A DNA stretch of 64,000 bases, taken from contig CP136572.1 in the NCBI GenBank assembly GCA_035193785.1, positions 128,001 to 192,000 on the forward strand, written 5' to 3'. The DNA comes from Planktothrix sp. GU0601_MAG3 (GTDB taxonomy: Bacteria > Cyanobacteriota > Cyanobacteriia > Cyanobacteriales > Microcoleaceae). Of the stretch, positions 24,507 to 34,798 are shown piece by piece. Numbering within the stretch: position 1 is the first letter of the stretch; every line of letters begins with the position of its first letter. The notes beneath the pieces were generated by a model that saw nothing but the letters and a program-made list of their open reading frames with translations, had not been told where the DNA came from and did not search any database. The position numbers and the translations under genes were made by a program.

Positions 24507-25836
24507 ATGCAAATCCAGAATCCCTCTGAAGTTCGTGCGATCGCCAAGGAAGCTTATATCTACGGCTTCCCAATGGTGGACAGCTACCGCATCCAATACG
24601 CCTACTTTGTGGATCAAAAGAATCCTGAATATAAAGCACCCTGGAACCAAATTCGCAATATTGCCCGTGTGTTCACCCCGGAGGATAAGGCAGTCCAGAC
24701 GCCCAACTCAGACACGCCTTACTCAATGCTCGGTTTAGATCTGCGGACAGAACCGATCGTACTAACTGTACCTGCGATCGAACAGGAGCGCTATTTCAGC
24801 ATCCAACTGATCGATCTTTACACCTTTAATTTTGACTACATTGGAAGCCGCGCTACGGGTAATGAAGGAGGTAGTTTCCTGCTCACTGCACCCAACTGGC
24901 AAGGTGAGATCCCCAAGGGCATTAAAAAAGTGATCCGGTCGGAAACTGAGTTAGCGATCGCAGCCTATCGCACCCAGCTTTTCAACCCTGACGATCTCGA
25001 TCAAGTCAAACAAATTCAGGCGGGATATCAGGCACAGCCACTCTCCGTCTTCCTGGGACAGTCGGCACCGGAAACTGCACCGACCATTGATTTCATTAAA
25101 CCCCTTACCCCCGACGAGCAACGGACATCCCTCGACGTTTTCAACATCCTGAACTTCCTATTACAGTTTTGTCCTACCAATCCCTCAGAGCAAGAAACTC
25201 ATGGCTCGGTTTGCCCAGATTGGTGTGGGTGCGGGAATGACTTTTGACCCAGATTCCCTCTCCCCCGATCTCAAGACGGCGATTGAGCAAGGAATTGCCG
25301 ATGCTTGGGCAGAATTCGCGGACTTGAAGCAACGCATTGATGCCAAGGAAGTCACCTCTGGCGATCTGTTCGGCACCAGGGAATATCTCAAGAATAATTA
25401 CCTCTACCGCATGGCGGCGGCTGTCGTTGGCATCTATGGGAATTCTAAGCAGGAAGCCATGTATCCCATCTATTCGGTCGATAGCGACGGCCAGGTACCC
25501 GATGGATCTCACCGTTATACCCTTTACCTTGCACCCGGACAATTGCCTCCCGTCCATGCCTTCTGGTCGCTAACCCTGTATGAACTCCCCTCCAGCCTAC
25601 TGGTTGCTAATCCACTCAACCGCTATCTCCTCAATTCTCGGATGATGCCTCAATTTAAGCGCGATCCGAAGGGGGGCATCACCTTTTATATCCAAAACGA
25701 GTCACCGGGCGCAGATCAAGAAGCGAACTGGCTACCCGCTCCCAAGGGATCATTCTTTTGCGTCATGCGCTTGTATTGGCCTAAGCCTGAAGCCCTTGAA
25801 GGAACATGGCAACAGCCGCCCATGCAGCGAGTCTAA
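24507..25836 (+). CDS. DUF1254/DUF1214 family protein (+1 frameshift at 25194-25198)
   Basis: EAYIYGFP, PNSDTPYS, LPPVHAFWSLTLY, NWLPAP, MRLYWP. Confidence 0.88.
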
Positions 25837-25842
25837 GATTTT

Positions 25843-26186
25843 CAGGACTTACGCAAGCAAGCCCTATATAGCGTGTCAAAAGTGGGCGATCTCCCTAAAA
25901 AGTCCTAATTATTTATTTTCCCCCCCATGTTGGGGGCTAGGGGGCTAGATAGCTTGAAATGTATACTGTTTAGGATGCTAAGGTGATGAAGGATTGAGCA
26001 GCAGTTTTAGAGACTATTTCTCAAGCAGCAATATTTGCCCCCTAAATCCCCCAAAATTGGGGGACTTTAAGAGGTTTTCCGGTTAAAGCGATCTCGTTTG
26101 AGTTACGAGCGCGATGGCAGTACCGCCGCCTGTCGGCATCGCTAACTTATTAGTACGCTACATATAGCGTAACTGCGTAAGTCCTG
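25843..26186. mobile_element. 344-bp MITE with the same CAGGACTTACGCA TIR and 5-bp target duplication ATTTT
   Basis: TIRs at 25843-25855 and 26174-26186; ATTTT at 25838-25842 and 26187-26191; internal CCCC/GGGG palindromes. Confidence 0.85.
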
Positions 26187-26315
26187 ATTTTCTTGTCAAG
26201 GTCGTTATGCAGATGAAGTGATGCAACTCTTGGCGAAACAAAAACGACAGCAAAAACCCGTTGGATTTGGTAAGAATTAGGTGGGTAAGCACATCGCACC
26301 CACCCAACGCAGAAA

Positions 26316-26903
26316 TTACCAACCAAAAGCCGAATAAAATTGACTATCCTCTGGGGTAGATTCCGATACAGTTTCGGTATCAGGATTAACTCGGATTTCT
26401 GTACAAAAGGTGGAGGTATTGAACCCACCAAACCGCTTAACTGCACTGGTTCGCATCCGAACATCCGAACCCATAAACCAGAAACGCTCAATCGCACTCA
26501 TGGTTTCATATTCCGTAATTAAAATCAAAGCATCGTCCTCATCCATCTCAAATTGACCCGCCACGGGCATAATTTCCGCATAACCCCGTTCTCGCAACAT
26601 TTGACCTTTCCGGGGGTTTTCCGGGTCGGGAATAATAGCAAATACCGTTTCTCCCTTATGGTTTTCATCATCCTTATCCCAGGCCATTTCTCCCGCCCAG
26701 GTAACATAGGCCCCCCCGGCGGACAAACTGGGGTCAACATTGTGCATCTGGCAAATTTCTATCACTCTGGGATCATCTGCATCTAAACTGGTGACTTGAA
26801 TATCTGAAAAGCCTTTTTCCGCTTGTCTAAAGGCTAAATGGTGGGTTGTCCGTTGCGATCGCCAAGTTCCAGCACTTTTCCGAAAAAATTCTATTGCATC
26901 CAT
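26316..26903 (-). CDS. cpcS: CpcS/CpeS-type phycobiliprotein lyase
   Basis: MDAIEFFRKSAGTWRSQRTTHHLAF, LRERGYAE, ERFWF, VKRFGGFNTSTFCTEIR. The likely start is ATG at 26903. Confidence 0.9.
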   Translation of the reverse strand: MDAIEFFRKSAGTWRSQRTTHHLAFRQAEKGFSDIQVTSLDADDPRVIEICQMHNVDPSLSAGGAYVTWAGEMAWDKDDENHKGETVFAIIPDPENPRKGQMLRERGYAEIMPVAGQFEMDEDDALILITEYETMSAIERFWFMGSDVRMRTSAVKRFGGFNTSTFCTEIRVNPDTETVSESTPEDSQFYSAFGW

Positions 26904-27039
26904 CGCGATTAAAATTCCTTGACTGACTATAGATTTATGGGTTCGACCCTTTATCATAAGTTGATTCTGAGTCCATTTTTAATTTCTGTAACAGAGATTA
27001 GTTTAAAAATGTGCATTATGTACAGATTGTCAAGGACTT

Positions 27040-27057
27040 GTTACGATAGTTTACATT
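27040..27057 (+). promoter_or_regulatory. HLR1-like direct repeat (RpaB site) upstream of nblA
   Basis: GTTACGAT-AG-TTTACATT versus consensus (G/T)TTACA(T/A)(T/A)-N2-(G/T)TTACA(T/A)(T/A); one mismatch. Confidence 0.55.
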
Positions 27058-27128
27058 TAGTGTGATATAGATACACTTAGTCAGTCCAAATCCCTGATGA
27101 TTTGTACAACTTAGTAGGAGGAGTGAAC

Positions 27129-27297
27129 ATGGAAACGCCCGCAAACCTCAGTCTTGAACAACAATTCAAGTTACAAATTCTACGCGAACAAGTCAAAAAT
27201 CTAAATTTAGAAGAAGCCCAAGACTACCTACTAGAAACTCTTGCGCCAAAGTATGGTTAAAGATAATCTCCTGCGTCAATGGATTAAAAACCCATAA
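27129..27297 (+). CDS. nblA: Phycobilisome degradation protein NblA (55 aa after removing +1 at 27234-27238; absent from ORF track)
   Basis: METPANLSLEQQFKLQILREQVKNLNLEEAQDYLLELLRQSMVKDNLLRQWIKNP*; LSLEQQF signature; AGGAGGA RBS. Confidence 0.9.
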
Positions 27298-27298
27298 A

Positions 27299-27697
27299 TC
27301 AGTTATCAGTCATCAGTTATCAGTTAACAGTTAATAAGCTGTTAAGCAGTTAAACTGTATACTCCAGCCAGTGAGGACACTGGCACTGCAAGGGTTTGAC
27401 AACGACCCCATACCCAATTTAGATACTTAACAGCTTAGTTGACAGTTAATAGTTGACAGTTAATAGTTGACAGTTAATAGTTAACAGTTGAGAGTTGACA
27501 GTTAATAGTTGACAGTTAATAGTCATTATTTCCCGATGATCTATTTGGATGCGTGGGCAGTTTATTGATTAATGTGGAGTTTTGATTTTTTATCCAACCA
27601 CTATGAATCAGTAGCTATAAACTATAAACTGTTAACTCCCAACTGTTAACTGTTAACTGATGACTGATAACTGATAACTGATTTACTGATTTACTGA
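27299..27697. repeat. Heptamer arrays (CAGTTAT / GTTGACAGTTAATA) in inverted orientation at the two ends of the nblA-pstB gap
   Basis: TCAGTTATCAGTCATCAGTTA at the left end; TAACTGATGACTGATAACTGA at the right end. Confidence 0.8.
27335..27437. mobile_element. 103-bp MITE-like element with TIR TAAGCTGTTAAG
   Basis: TAAGCTGTTAAG (27335-27346) / CTTAACAGCTTA (27426-27437), extending imperfectly to about 23 bp; nested in a heptamer array. Confidence 0.65.
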
Positions 27698-28582
27698 TTA
27701 ACCAAACCGACCACTAACATATTGTTGAGTGGATTCTTCTTTGGGGTTTTGGAAAATACTTTGGGTATCGTTATACTCCACCAAATAGCCAAAGCGTTTT
27801 CCACCTTCAATGGCTTTAGCATTAAAAAATGCCGTCATATCTGCAACCCTTGTGGCTTGCTGCATATTGTGGGTAACAATAATAATTGTATACTTTTGTT
27901 TGAGTTCGTGGAGTAAATCTTCGACCGATAAAGTCGAAATTGGGTCAAGGGAAGCACAGGGTTCATCCATTAATACTACATCGGGATTAATGGCGATCGC
28001 CCGGGCAATACAAAGCCGTTGTTGTTGACCTCCAGAGAGGGCAAAACCACTTTGACCCAGTTTATCTTTAACCTCATCCCATAATACCGCTTGACGCAGC
28101 GAGCGCTCTACAATTTCATCTAATTCGGCTTTGTTTTTAGCTAATTTATTTACCCGGACTCCGTAGGCAATATTATCATAAATTGACTTAGGAAAGGGGT
28201 TAGGTTTTTGGAATACCATCCCGATACGACGACGAACTTCTACGGGATCAACATTAGGGGCATAGAGATTTTGATTATGATAGAAAATATTACCCTTGAG
28301 TTTGAATCCTTGAACTAAATCATTTAGACGATTAAAACAACGCAGAATTGTACTTTTTCCGCAACCTGACGGCCCAATAAAAGCGGTGATTCTATTTTTA
28401 GGAATGTCTAAACAAACCCCCCGAACTGCCTTAAAATCCCCGTAATATATATCAATATTTTCCGTTTGGATTACCGTTTCCATCTGCGTAGGGTGACAGT
28501 CATAAATACCGGACATAAAAATTAACTCCTGAAAGTATAGAATATCGGAAAAATCAACATCAAAATAAAGTATTTTATTCAA
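27698..28582 (-). CDS. pstB: Phosphate ABC transporter ATPase (true start probably a downstream ATG)
   Basis: [43 protein letters not shown]. Confidence 0.96.
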   Translation of the reverse strand: MNKILYFDVDFSDILYFQELIFMSGIYDCHPTQMETVIQTENIDIYYGDFKAVRGVCLDIPKNRITAFIGPSGCGKSTILRCFNRLNDLVQGFKLKGNIFYHNQNLYAPNVDPVEVRRRIGMVFQKPNPFPKSIYDNIAYGVRVNKLAKNKAELDEIVERSLRQAVLWDEVKDKLGQSGFALSGGQQQRLCIARAIAINPDVVLMDEPCASLDPISTLSVEDLLHELKQKYTIIIVTHNMQQATRVADMTAFFNAKAIEGGKRFGYLVEYNDTQSIFQNPKEESTQQYVSGRFG

Positions 28583-28676
28583 TTAATACTAAATTATGAT
28601 GACCGTTAGATACAGCTAAAAGTCAGACAGAACCAACTAACCCAGAGACAAAAACTCACAGGTTTAAAGTTCAGAC

Positions 28677-29577
28677 TTAAAACTGTTTTTGCCGAGTCGC
28701 AAAACGAGCAATGATGCTAGTTAATAAAACTAAAACCACAATTACTAAAGACGCAGCCCAGGCAAATTCCTGTAAAACTTGATCAAATCCTCGAGCAAAT
28801 TCAAAAACTAAATAGGCTAGGGATGGGAGAGTTTGAGAAAACAGACCTCCCGGCCAATTGTTGGTATAAACCACCGTAAATAATAGAGGTGCCGTTTCCC
28901 CAGCGGCTCGAGCGACGGCTAAGGTAACTCCGGTTAAAATTGCAGGCAAGCAAGCCGGAAGCACTACTTGCAAGACCGTTTGATAATTAGAAGCACCCAC
29001 CCCCACCGAAGCCCAGCGAATCTCCTGGGGAACAATTTGTAACGCTTCATCGGTGGTACGGATAATTGTTGGTAACATCAAAACCGAGAGGGCAATTGCC
29101 CCCGCTAGGACGGAAAACGACCCCATTTTCAAGACAATAAAACTGTAAGCAAACACCCCCGCAATAATAGAAGGAACACCACTTAAAACATTAGTGGTAA
29201 ATCGAATCCAACGGACAACCTGACCATTTCCCCCAAATTCCGAGAGGAAAATAGCCGCTAAAATCCCGAAGGGAAACCGCAATCAAAGTCGCAGTCGAAA
29301 CCACTTGAATCGTGCCTAGAATCGCACTGGCAATGCCTCCAGAGGTTTGTCCCGCCGATGGGGGAAGTTTAGTAAATAAATCTAAATTTAAACGGGCAGA
29401 CCCCTTGATAAAAATATAAGACAAAACCGCAACTAGCGGTATCAAGGTAATCACCATACAAACCGATGCCATCCCGGTCATCAAAAATTCAAAAATATAC
29501 CTGGAACTTTTATTGTTGCGGATTAAACTAAAGTCATTTACTTCAGAATAATTCGGATCTTTTGTCGGATTTGACAT
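28677..29577 (-). CDS. pstA: Phosphate ABC transporter permease PstA (+1 frameshift at 29273-29277)
   Basis: LSGVPSIIAGVF, ARAAGETAPLLFT. Confidence 0.92.
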
Positions 29578-29646
29578 ACGGAAAAAATACGAAATTTTTC
29601 AAGATTATCAGATTCTCAAAACCAGATTAATTACTCCTGATTCGGA

Positions 29647-30604
29647 TTATTGATATTTTGCCTTAACTTGATTAACAATCCACTCCGCCGCAATATTCAC
29701 CAATAAGGTGAGGGCGAACAAAACTAATCCCGCATACATTAAAGCTGAAACCTGTAAACCTGAAGCTTCCGGGAATTGATTTGCCATCAAAGAGGCAATT
29801 GTATTCGCCGGAGCAAATATGGAAATTTTCAGATTATTAGAGTTCCCAATAATCATTGTAGCTGCCATGGTTTCTCCCATAGCCCGTCCTAGTCCTAACA
29901 TCACTCCCCCGACAATTCCAGAAAAAGCCGCCGGAATTAAAACCCGAAAGATTGTCACCCAACGGGTTGCTCCCAAACCCAAAGAAGCTTGACGTAAATC
30001 AGGCGGTAAACTGGCCAAGGAATCCCGAGAAATTGCTGTGATAATCGGCAGAGTCATCACTGCTAAAACCACCCCGGCGGGAAACAAGCCCGGCCCAGCA
30101 GGAGGGGTACTAAAGAAAGGAATCCAGCCGAAATTTTTATACATGAACACCCCAAAGGGTCTTAAAAAAGGAATTAAAACAAAAATTCCCCAAAGACCAT
30201 AAACCACACTGGGAATCGCGGCTAACAATTCTACCAGAAAGGTTAAGGCGGTGCGAATCGAAGGGGGAATAAAATCTTCACTCAGGAAAATTGCCGTTCC
30301 CACACCCAAAGGCACTGCAAATAATAGGGCAATCAATGAACTCATCAGCGTTCCCGAAATCATGGGAAAGACGCCATATTGGCTAGTAACTGGGTTTCCA
30401 ATCACTGCTGAATAAAAACCCTAAACCAAACTGTTGAATCGCGGGAATTGCTTGTTGAGCAATGGGAAAACCCAGTAATAATAAGACTACAACAACCCCC
30501 CAGGCAAAAATTTGTGTTAGCCAAACAAACCCCTGATCAAGTTTTTTTTCTATTGGGGAACGAGATTGGGGAATTCCGGTTACATTATGATTGGGTATGG
30601 TCAT
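29647..30604 (-). CDS. pstC: Phosphate ABC transporter permease PstC (+1 frameshift at 30394-30398)
   Basis: ELLAAIPSVVYGLWG, GRAMGETMA. Confidence 0.92.
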
Positions 30605-30711
30605 ACATTAGTATTGTACATGATTAATCGCTATAATTGAAATTTGAGGTTACTTAATTTTAGCCTTGATCACTATTGGGTAAAATATGAAAATTATCAC
30701 CCTAATGCTGG

Positions 30712-30776
30712 GGGAAAAGAAGCAATTTAAAGTTTAACCTCAACGGGTTGAAATCTTTCAAATGCCGTCTTTTCCC
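30712..30776. other. Long intercistronic stem-loop between pstS and pstC
   Basis: GGGAAAAGA...TCTTTTCCC closing an imperfect ~65-nt hairpin. Confidence 0.55.
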
Positions 30777-30852
30777 TTGGTTTTTTAGTTGCGTTCCCTA
30801 AAGGTTCCCTCGTAGCTTACAAGTTGCTAGTTCAGTTACAGGGATAACCCCG

Positions 30853-32041
30853 TTACTCCACTTTAATTGTAAAGTCTGGGCTGATTTGATCGGCTTTTGC
30901 TGCTACTTTTTTGACCACCGCCGGGGGTAGGGGAATATAACCCAGTTGGGGACTGACTTTTTGGCCTTCAGTTAGTCCATATTGAATCATGGCTTCAACG
31001 GACTTAGCTGTTTCTGGTTTATCGTACTTTTGATAAGCCATAATCCAAGAGTAGGTAACAATCGGATAGGATTGGTCGCCTTCAGGATTAGTAATAAAAG
31101 CGCGTAAATTTTCGGGTAATTCTACGGATTCGAGGGTTTTCGCGGCTGATTCATCACTGGGTAGAACAAAATTTCCAGCTTTATTTTGCAAGGCGGCTGT
31201 TTTTAAGTTGGCACTTTTGGCAAAACCAGATTCAACATAACCAATCGCACCAGGAGTTTGACCGATTTGAGCCGTAACCCCCTCATTGCCCTTACCACCA
31301 ATACCTACGGGCCACTGAACGGTTTTACCCTCCCCCACACTATTTTTCCATTCCTCACTCATCGCACTTAAATTTTTAGTGAAAACCCCCGTAGTTCCAC
31401 TACCATCGGAACGATAGATAACTTGAATGGGTAAGTCAGGGAAGGTGACACCCGGATTATCTGTGGCCAGGGCTGGATCATTCCAATTAGCAATTTTACC
31501 TAAAAAGATGTCAATTAGGTTTTGTTGAGATAATTTGACTTCTGCTACGTCGGGGATATTATAAGCTAAAACAATACTTCCGGCGGTCATGGGTAAGAGT
31601 AAAACGCCGTTGGGGACTTTAGCAATTTCTTCATCGGTCATGGCGACATCACTGGCGCCAAATTGAACTAACCCTTGTACAAAACGTTTCTACCCCAGCA
31701 CCACTACCCACGGATTGATAATCAATTTGTAGATTTTTGGTGCCGCCACTAATATCACTGGCCCAGCGTTGATATAAAGGAGCCGGGAATGAAGCCCCCG
31801 CACCGATTAATGCCACGGGTTGTTCTAAACTAATTAATTGGACTGCCCCTGTATTCGGGGTACTGCCCGTTGTGTTATTAGTTGCTGTAGATGTCCCCTC
31901 AGTCCCCGGGGTTGCAGTTGGAGCCGTATTGCTTGTCGTATTACTCCCACCACAAGCGGCTAAACTCAAACTCAAGGCCAAGGCTGAAAATCTAGCTACA
32001 AACCGACTAGAAGGATTAATCGAATTCAGGCGAAACAGCAT
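30853..32041 (-). CDS. pstS: Phosphate-binding lipoprotein PstS (+1 frameshift at 31686-31690)
   Basis: LAAC lipobox, GAGASFPAPLY, YQSVGSGAG, RSDGSGTT, GKGNEGV, YPIVTYSW. Confidence 0.95.
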
Positions 32042-32089
32042 AAAAAATCAATATTTTTTAGGGTCAATACCGTAGAGAATACCGTCTCT

Positions 32090-32119
32090 GTAACAAGTTC
32101 AGGTTAAGGTAAGGTTAAG
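32090..32119 (-). promoter_or_regulatory. Pho box (SphR/PhoB site) of the pst operon
   Basis: Minus strand CTTAACCT-TAC-CTTAACCT-GAA-CTTGTTAC: cyanobacterial PyTTAAPyPy(T/A) repeats with 3-nt spacers. Confidence 0.85.
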
Positions 32120-32156
32120 GGTTGCCCCGATGCTGTTGATGGTAAAATAACCCGGG

Positions 32157-32422
32157 AGTGGGGAGTGGGGAGCAGGGGGAGCAGGGGGAGCAGGGGGAGT
32201 AGGGGGAGCAGGGGGAGTAGGGGGAGCAGGGGGAGTAGGGGGAGTAGGGGGAGTAGGGGGAGTAGGGGGAGCAGGGGGAGTAGGGGAGCAGGCAAACCCA
32301 TAACCTATTACCTATTACCTATTACCCATAACCCATAACCCATAACCCATAACCCATAACCCATAACCCATAACCCATAACCCATTACCCATTACCCATT
32401 ACCCATTACCCATTACCCATTA
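32157..32422. repeat. Composite array: (GGGGGAGCA/GGGGGAGTA)n then (ACCCATA/ACCCATT)n
   Basis: Read directly from the sequence. Confidence 0.95.
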
Positions 32423-32474
32423 CTCGATATAACTGTATAATCGTCAACACTTTTAGATAACTAGCAATTCTGGC

Positions 32475-33594
32475 ATGATCAATGTAGTTCCAGTACGACC
32501 CGCCCTTAATAGTTTGTCTTCGGTTAGCAATTCCCCATTGGAAGTGCCTGAAAATTGGGAAACCCAAGAAGACTTACAAATTTGGCTCAATGAATTAGTT
32601 GAAAGAATTATATCTGGCGATCGCATTAGTCGAGAAGCCGCTTTAGTTCTAACACAGATTGAAGATCAAGAACAAATTTTATTACTCTGTCAAGCAGCCG
32701 ATCAAGTTCGTCAAGCCTGCTGTGGTAATACCGTTGATCTCTGTAGTATTGTTAACATTAAATCGGGTAATTGTTCAGAAAACTGTGGTTTTTGTTCCCA
32801 ATCTGTTCATCATCCGGGGGAAGCATCTCCGGTGTATGGATTAAAGTCTAGTGATGAAATTTTAGACCATGCTAAGGCCGCAGAAACTGCTGGAGCCGCC
32901 AGATTTTGTTTAGTTTCTCAGGGACGAGGAATTAAATATAATAGTCCGAAATCCTCGGAGTTTGAACAGGTTTTAGCCACGGTTAAACGCATTATTCAAG
33001 AAACTAACGTTAAACCCTGTTGTGCTCTAGGGGAATTAACCTTAGAACAGGCTCAGGCTTTAGCTGAGGCGGGAGTTACCCGTTATAACCATAATTTAGA
33101 AGCCTCAAAAGCCTTTTATCCGCAAGTGGTAACCACCCATACCTGGGAAGATCGGGTACAAACCGTTAAAAACCTGAAGGCGGCGGGAATTCAAGCCTGT
33201 ACCGGGGGGATTATGGGGATGGGAGAAACCTGGGAAGATCGGATAGATTTGGCCTTCTCCTTAGCTGAATTAGAGGTGGAGTCTGTCCCGATTAATTTAT
33301 TAAACCCGCGATCGGGAACGCCTTTGTCAGAACAGTCTAAACTTGATCCCTATGAAGCATTAAAAGCGATCGCCATTTTTCGTTTAATTCTTCCGACTCA
33401 AATTCTCCGCTATGCTGGAGGACGGGAAGCGATCATGGGAGAAACTGCAAGGTTTAGGCCTAAAATCGGGAATTAATGCCATGTTAATTGGTAATTATTT
33501 AACGACTTTGGGTCAAGCTCCCGAACAGGATCAGGCGATGTTAAAATCCTTGGGACTTGAAGGGGGTGAAGCTCGAGTTCCTCATTTTTCCTAA
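32475..33594 (+). CDS. bioB: Biotin synthase (+1 frameshift at 33441-33445)
   Basis: CSENCGFC radical SAM motif, YNHNLE, SVPIN, RYAGGRE, GNYLTT. Confidence 0.95.
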
Positions 33595-33613
33595 TGGTTA
33601 ATATTTCTCTATT

Positions 33614-34198
33614 GTGACAGCTACCTCCGATTTTTTTTGGGCAATTATTGGTGTTTTATTAACGATTGGTGGCACTTTTTTAGAAGCGTTTGTCACCGAT
33701 CCCTCTTGGATTTGGCAACAAGAAAATGTTGAGGTTCACTCTTTGGGTGTAACCTATCAAATTGGGGCGGTTTTGTTAGTTGGTTGTTTGGGAGGAAAAA
33801 ATGCCGCCGCCATGTCCCAAATTGCTTATCTGGCCTTGGGATTAACTATATTACCCGTGTTTTCAGAAGGGGGGGGACTGGATTATTTAAGACAACCCAC
33901 CTTTGGCTATTTATTAGGGTTTATTCCCGGGGGATGGGTGTGTGGATTTTTAGCTTTTAAAGCCTTACCTAAATTAGAATTATTAGCCTTTAGTTGTTTA
34001 TGTGGATTACTTACGGTTCACAGTGTAGGGTTAATTTATTTAAGTTTAAGTCATGTTTTTAATGGCGTTGCTACCCAAGGAATTATTCTTGGAGATGCGG
34101 TTAATAAATATTCCCTCCAACCTTTCCCCGGACAATTAGCGGTCAGTTGTGCGGTAGCTGTTTTATCTTATCTTTTAAGAGGATTACTATTTTATTAA
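33614..34198 (+). CDS. bioY: Biotin transporter BioY
   Basis: LPVFSEGGG, PTFGYLLGF; directly follows bioB. Confidence 0.88.
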   Translation: MTATSDFFWAIIGVLLTIGGTFLEAFVTDPSWIWQQENVEVHSLGVTYQIGAVLLVGCLGGKNAAAMSQIAYLALGLTILPVFSEGGGLDYLRQPTFGYLLGFIPGGWVCGFLAFKALPKLELLAFSCLCGLLTVHSVGLIYLSLSHVFNGVATQGIILGDAVNKYSLQPFPGQLAVSCAVAVLSYLLRGLLFY

Positions 34199-34288
34199 AG
34201 TTAATTAATGACTGTTCCCAATTCCCCATCCGTAATTCGTAATTCGTAATTCGTAATTCCCCATCCCCCATTCCCTGTTCCCTAATTT

Positions 34289-34759
34289 ATGCGATTTAAG
34301 AAAAATTCTAATTTTTGGATAGTTGCTCTTGTGAGTTTAATTGTGGATCACCTGACTAAATTGTGGGTGGTACAAAATTTTGAACTGGGAGAAACCTTAC
34401 CCCTGTGGCGCAATGTGTTTCATCTAACCTATGTTACAAATACAGGAGCAGCCTTTAGTTTATTTAGTAATGGGGGGATTTTGTGGTTGCGTTGGTTATC
34501 CTTGTTGGTGAGTCTAGGATTAATGGCAATGGCTTGGTTTGGCCCCCGTCTCCACCGTTGGGAACAGGTCGGATATGGTTTAATCTTAGGGGGCGCATTA
34601 GGAAATGGGATTGATCGGTTTATTTCCGGTCATGTCGTAGATTTCCTGGATTTTCGACTGATTAATTTTCCAGTATTCAATTTGGCAGATATTTCGATTA
34701 ATATTGGAATCTGGTGTTTAATTATTGCCATGTTTACACAATTAAAACCTGAGTCCTGA
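34289..34759 (+). CDS. lspA: Lipoprotein signal peptidase II
   Basis: DHLTK, NTGAAFS, GALGNGIDR, VVDF, FPVFNLAD. Confidence 0.95.
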   Translation: MRFKKNSNFWIVALVSLIVDHLTKLWVVQNFELGETLPLWRNVFHLTYVTNTGAAFSLFSNGGILWLRWLSLLVSLGLMAMAWFGPRLHRWEQVGYGLILGGALGNGIDRFISGHVVDFLDFRLINFPVFNLADISINIGIWCLIIAMFTQLKPES

Positions 34760-34798
34760 AACGAAACGGTACAATAGATACGACCCACGCAAGTCTGA

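Noticed and set aside
22130..25573. Numerous overlapping and antisense ORFs in the sulfatase cassette
   Set aside because: Expected from higher GC and codon bias; no recognisable motifs.
32104..32301. (LLP)n ORF
   Set aside because: Translation of the GGGGGAGYA array; it also overlaps the Pho box.
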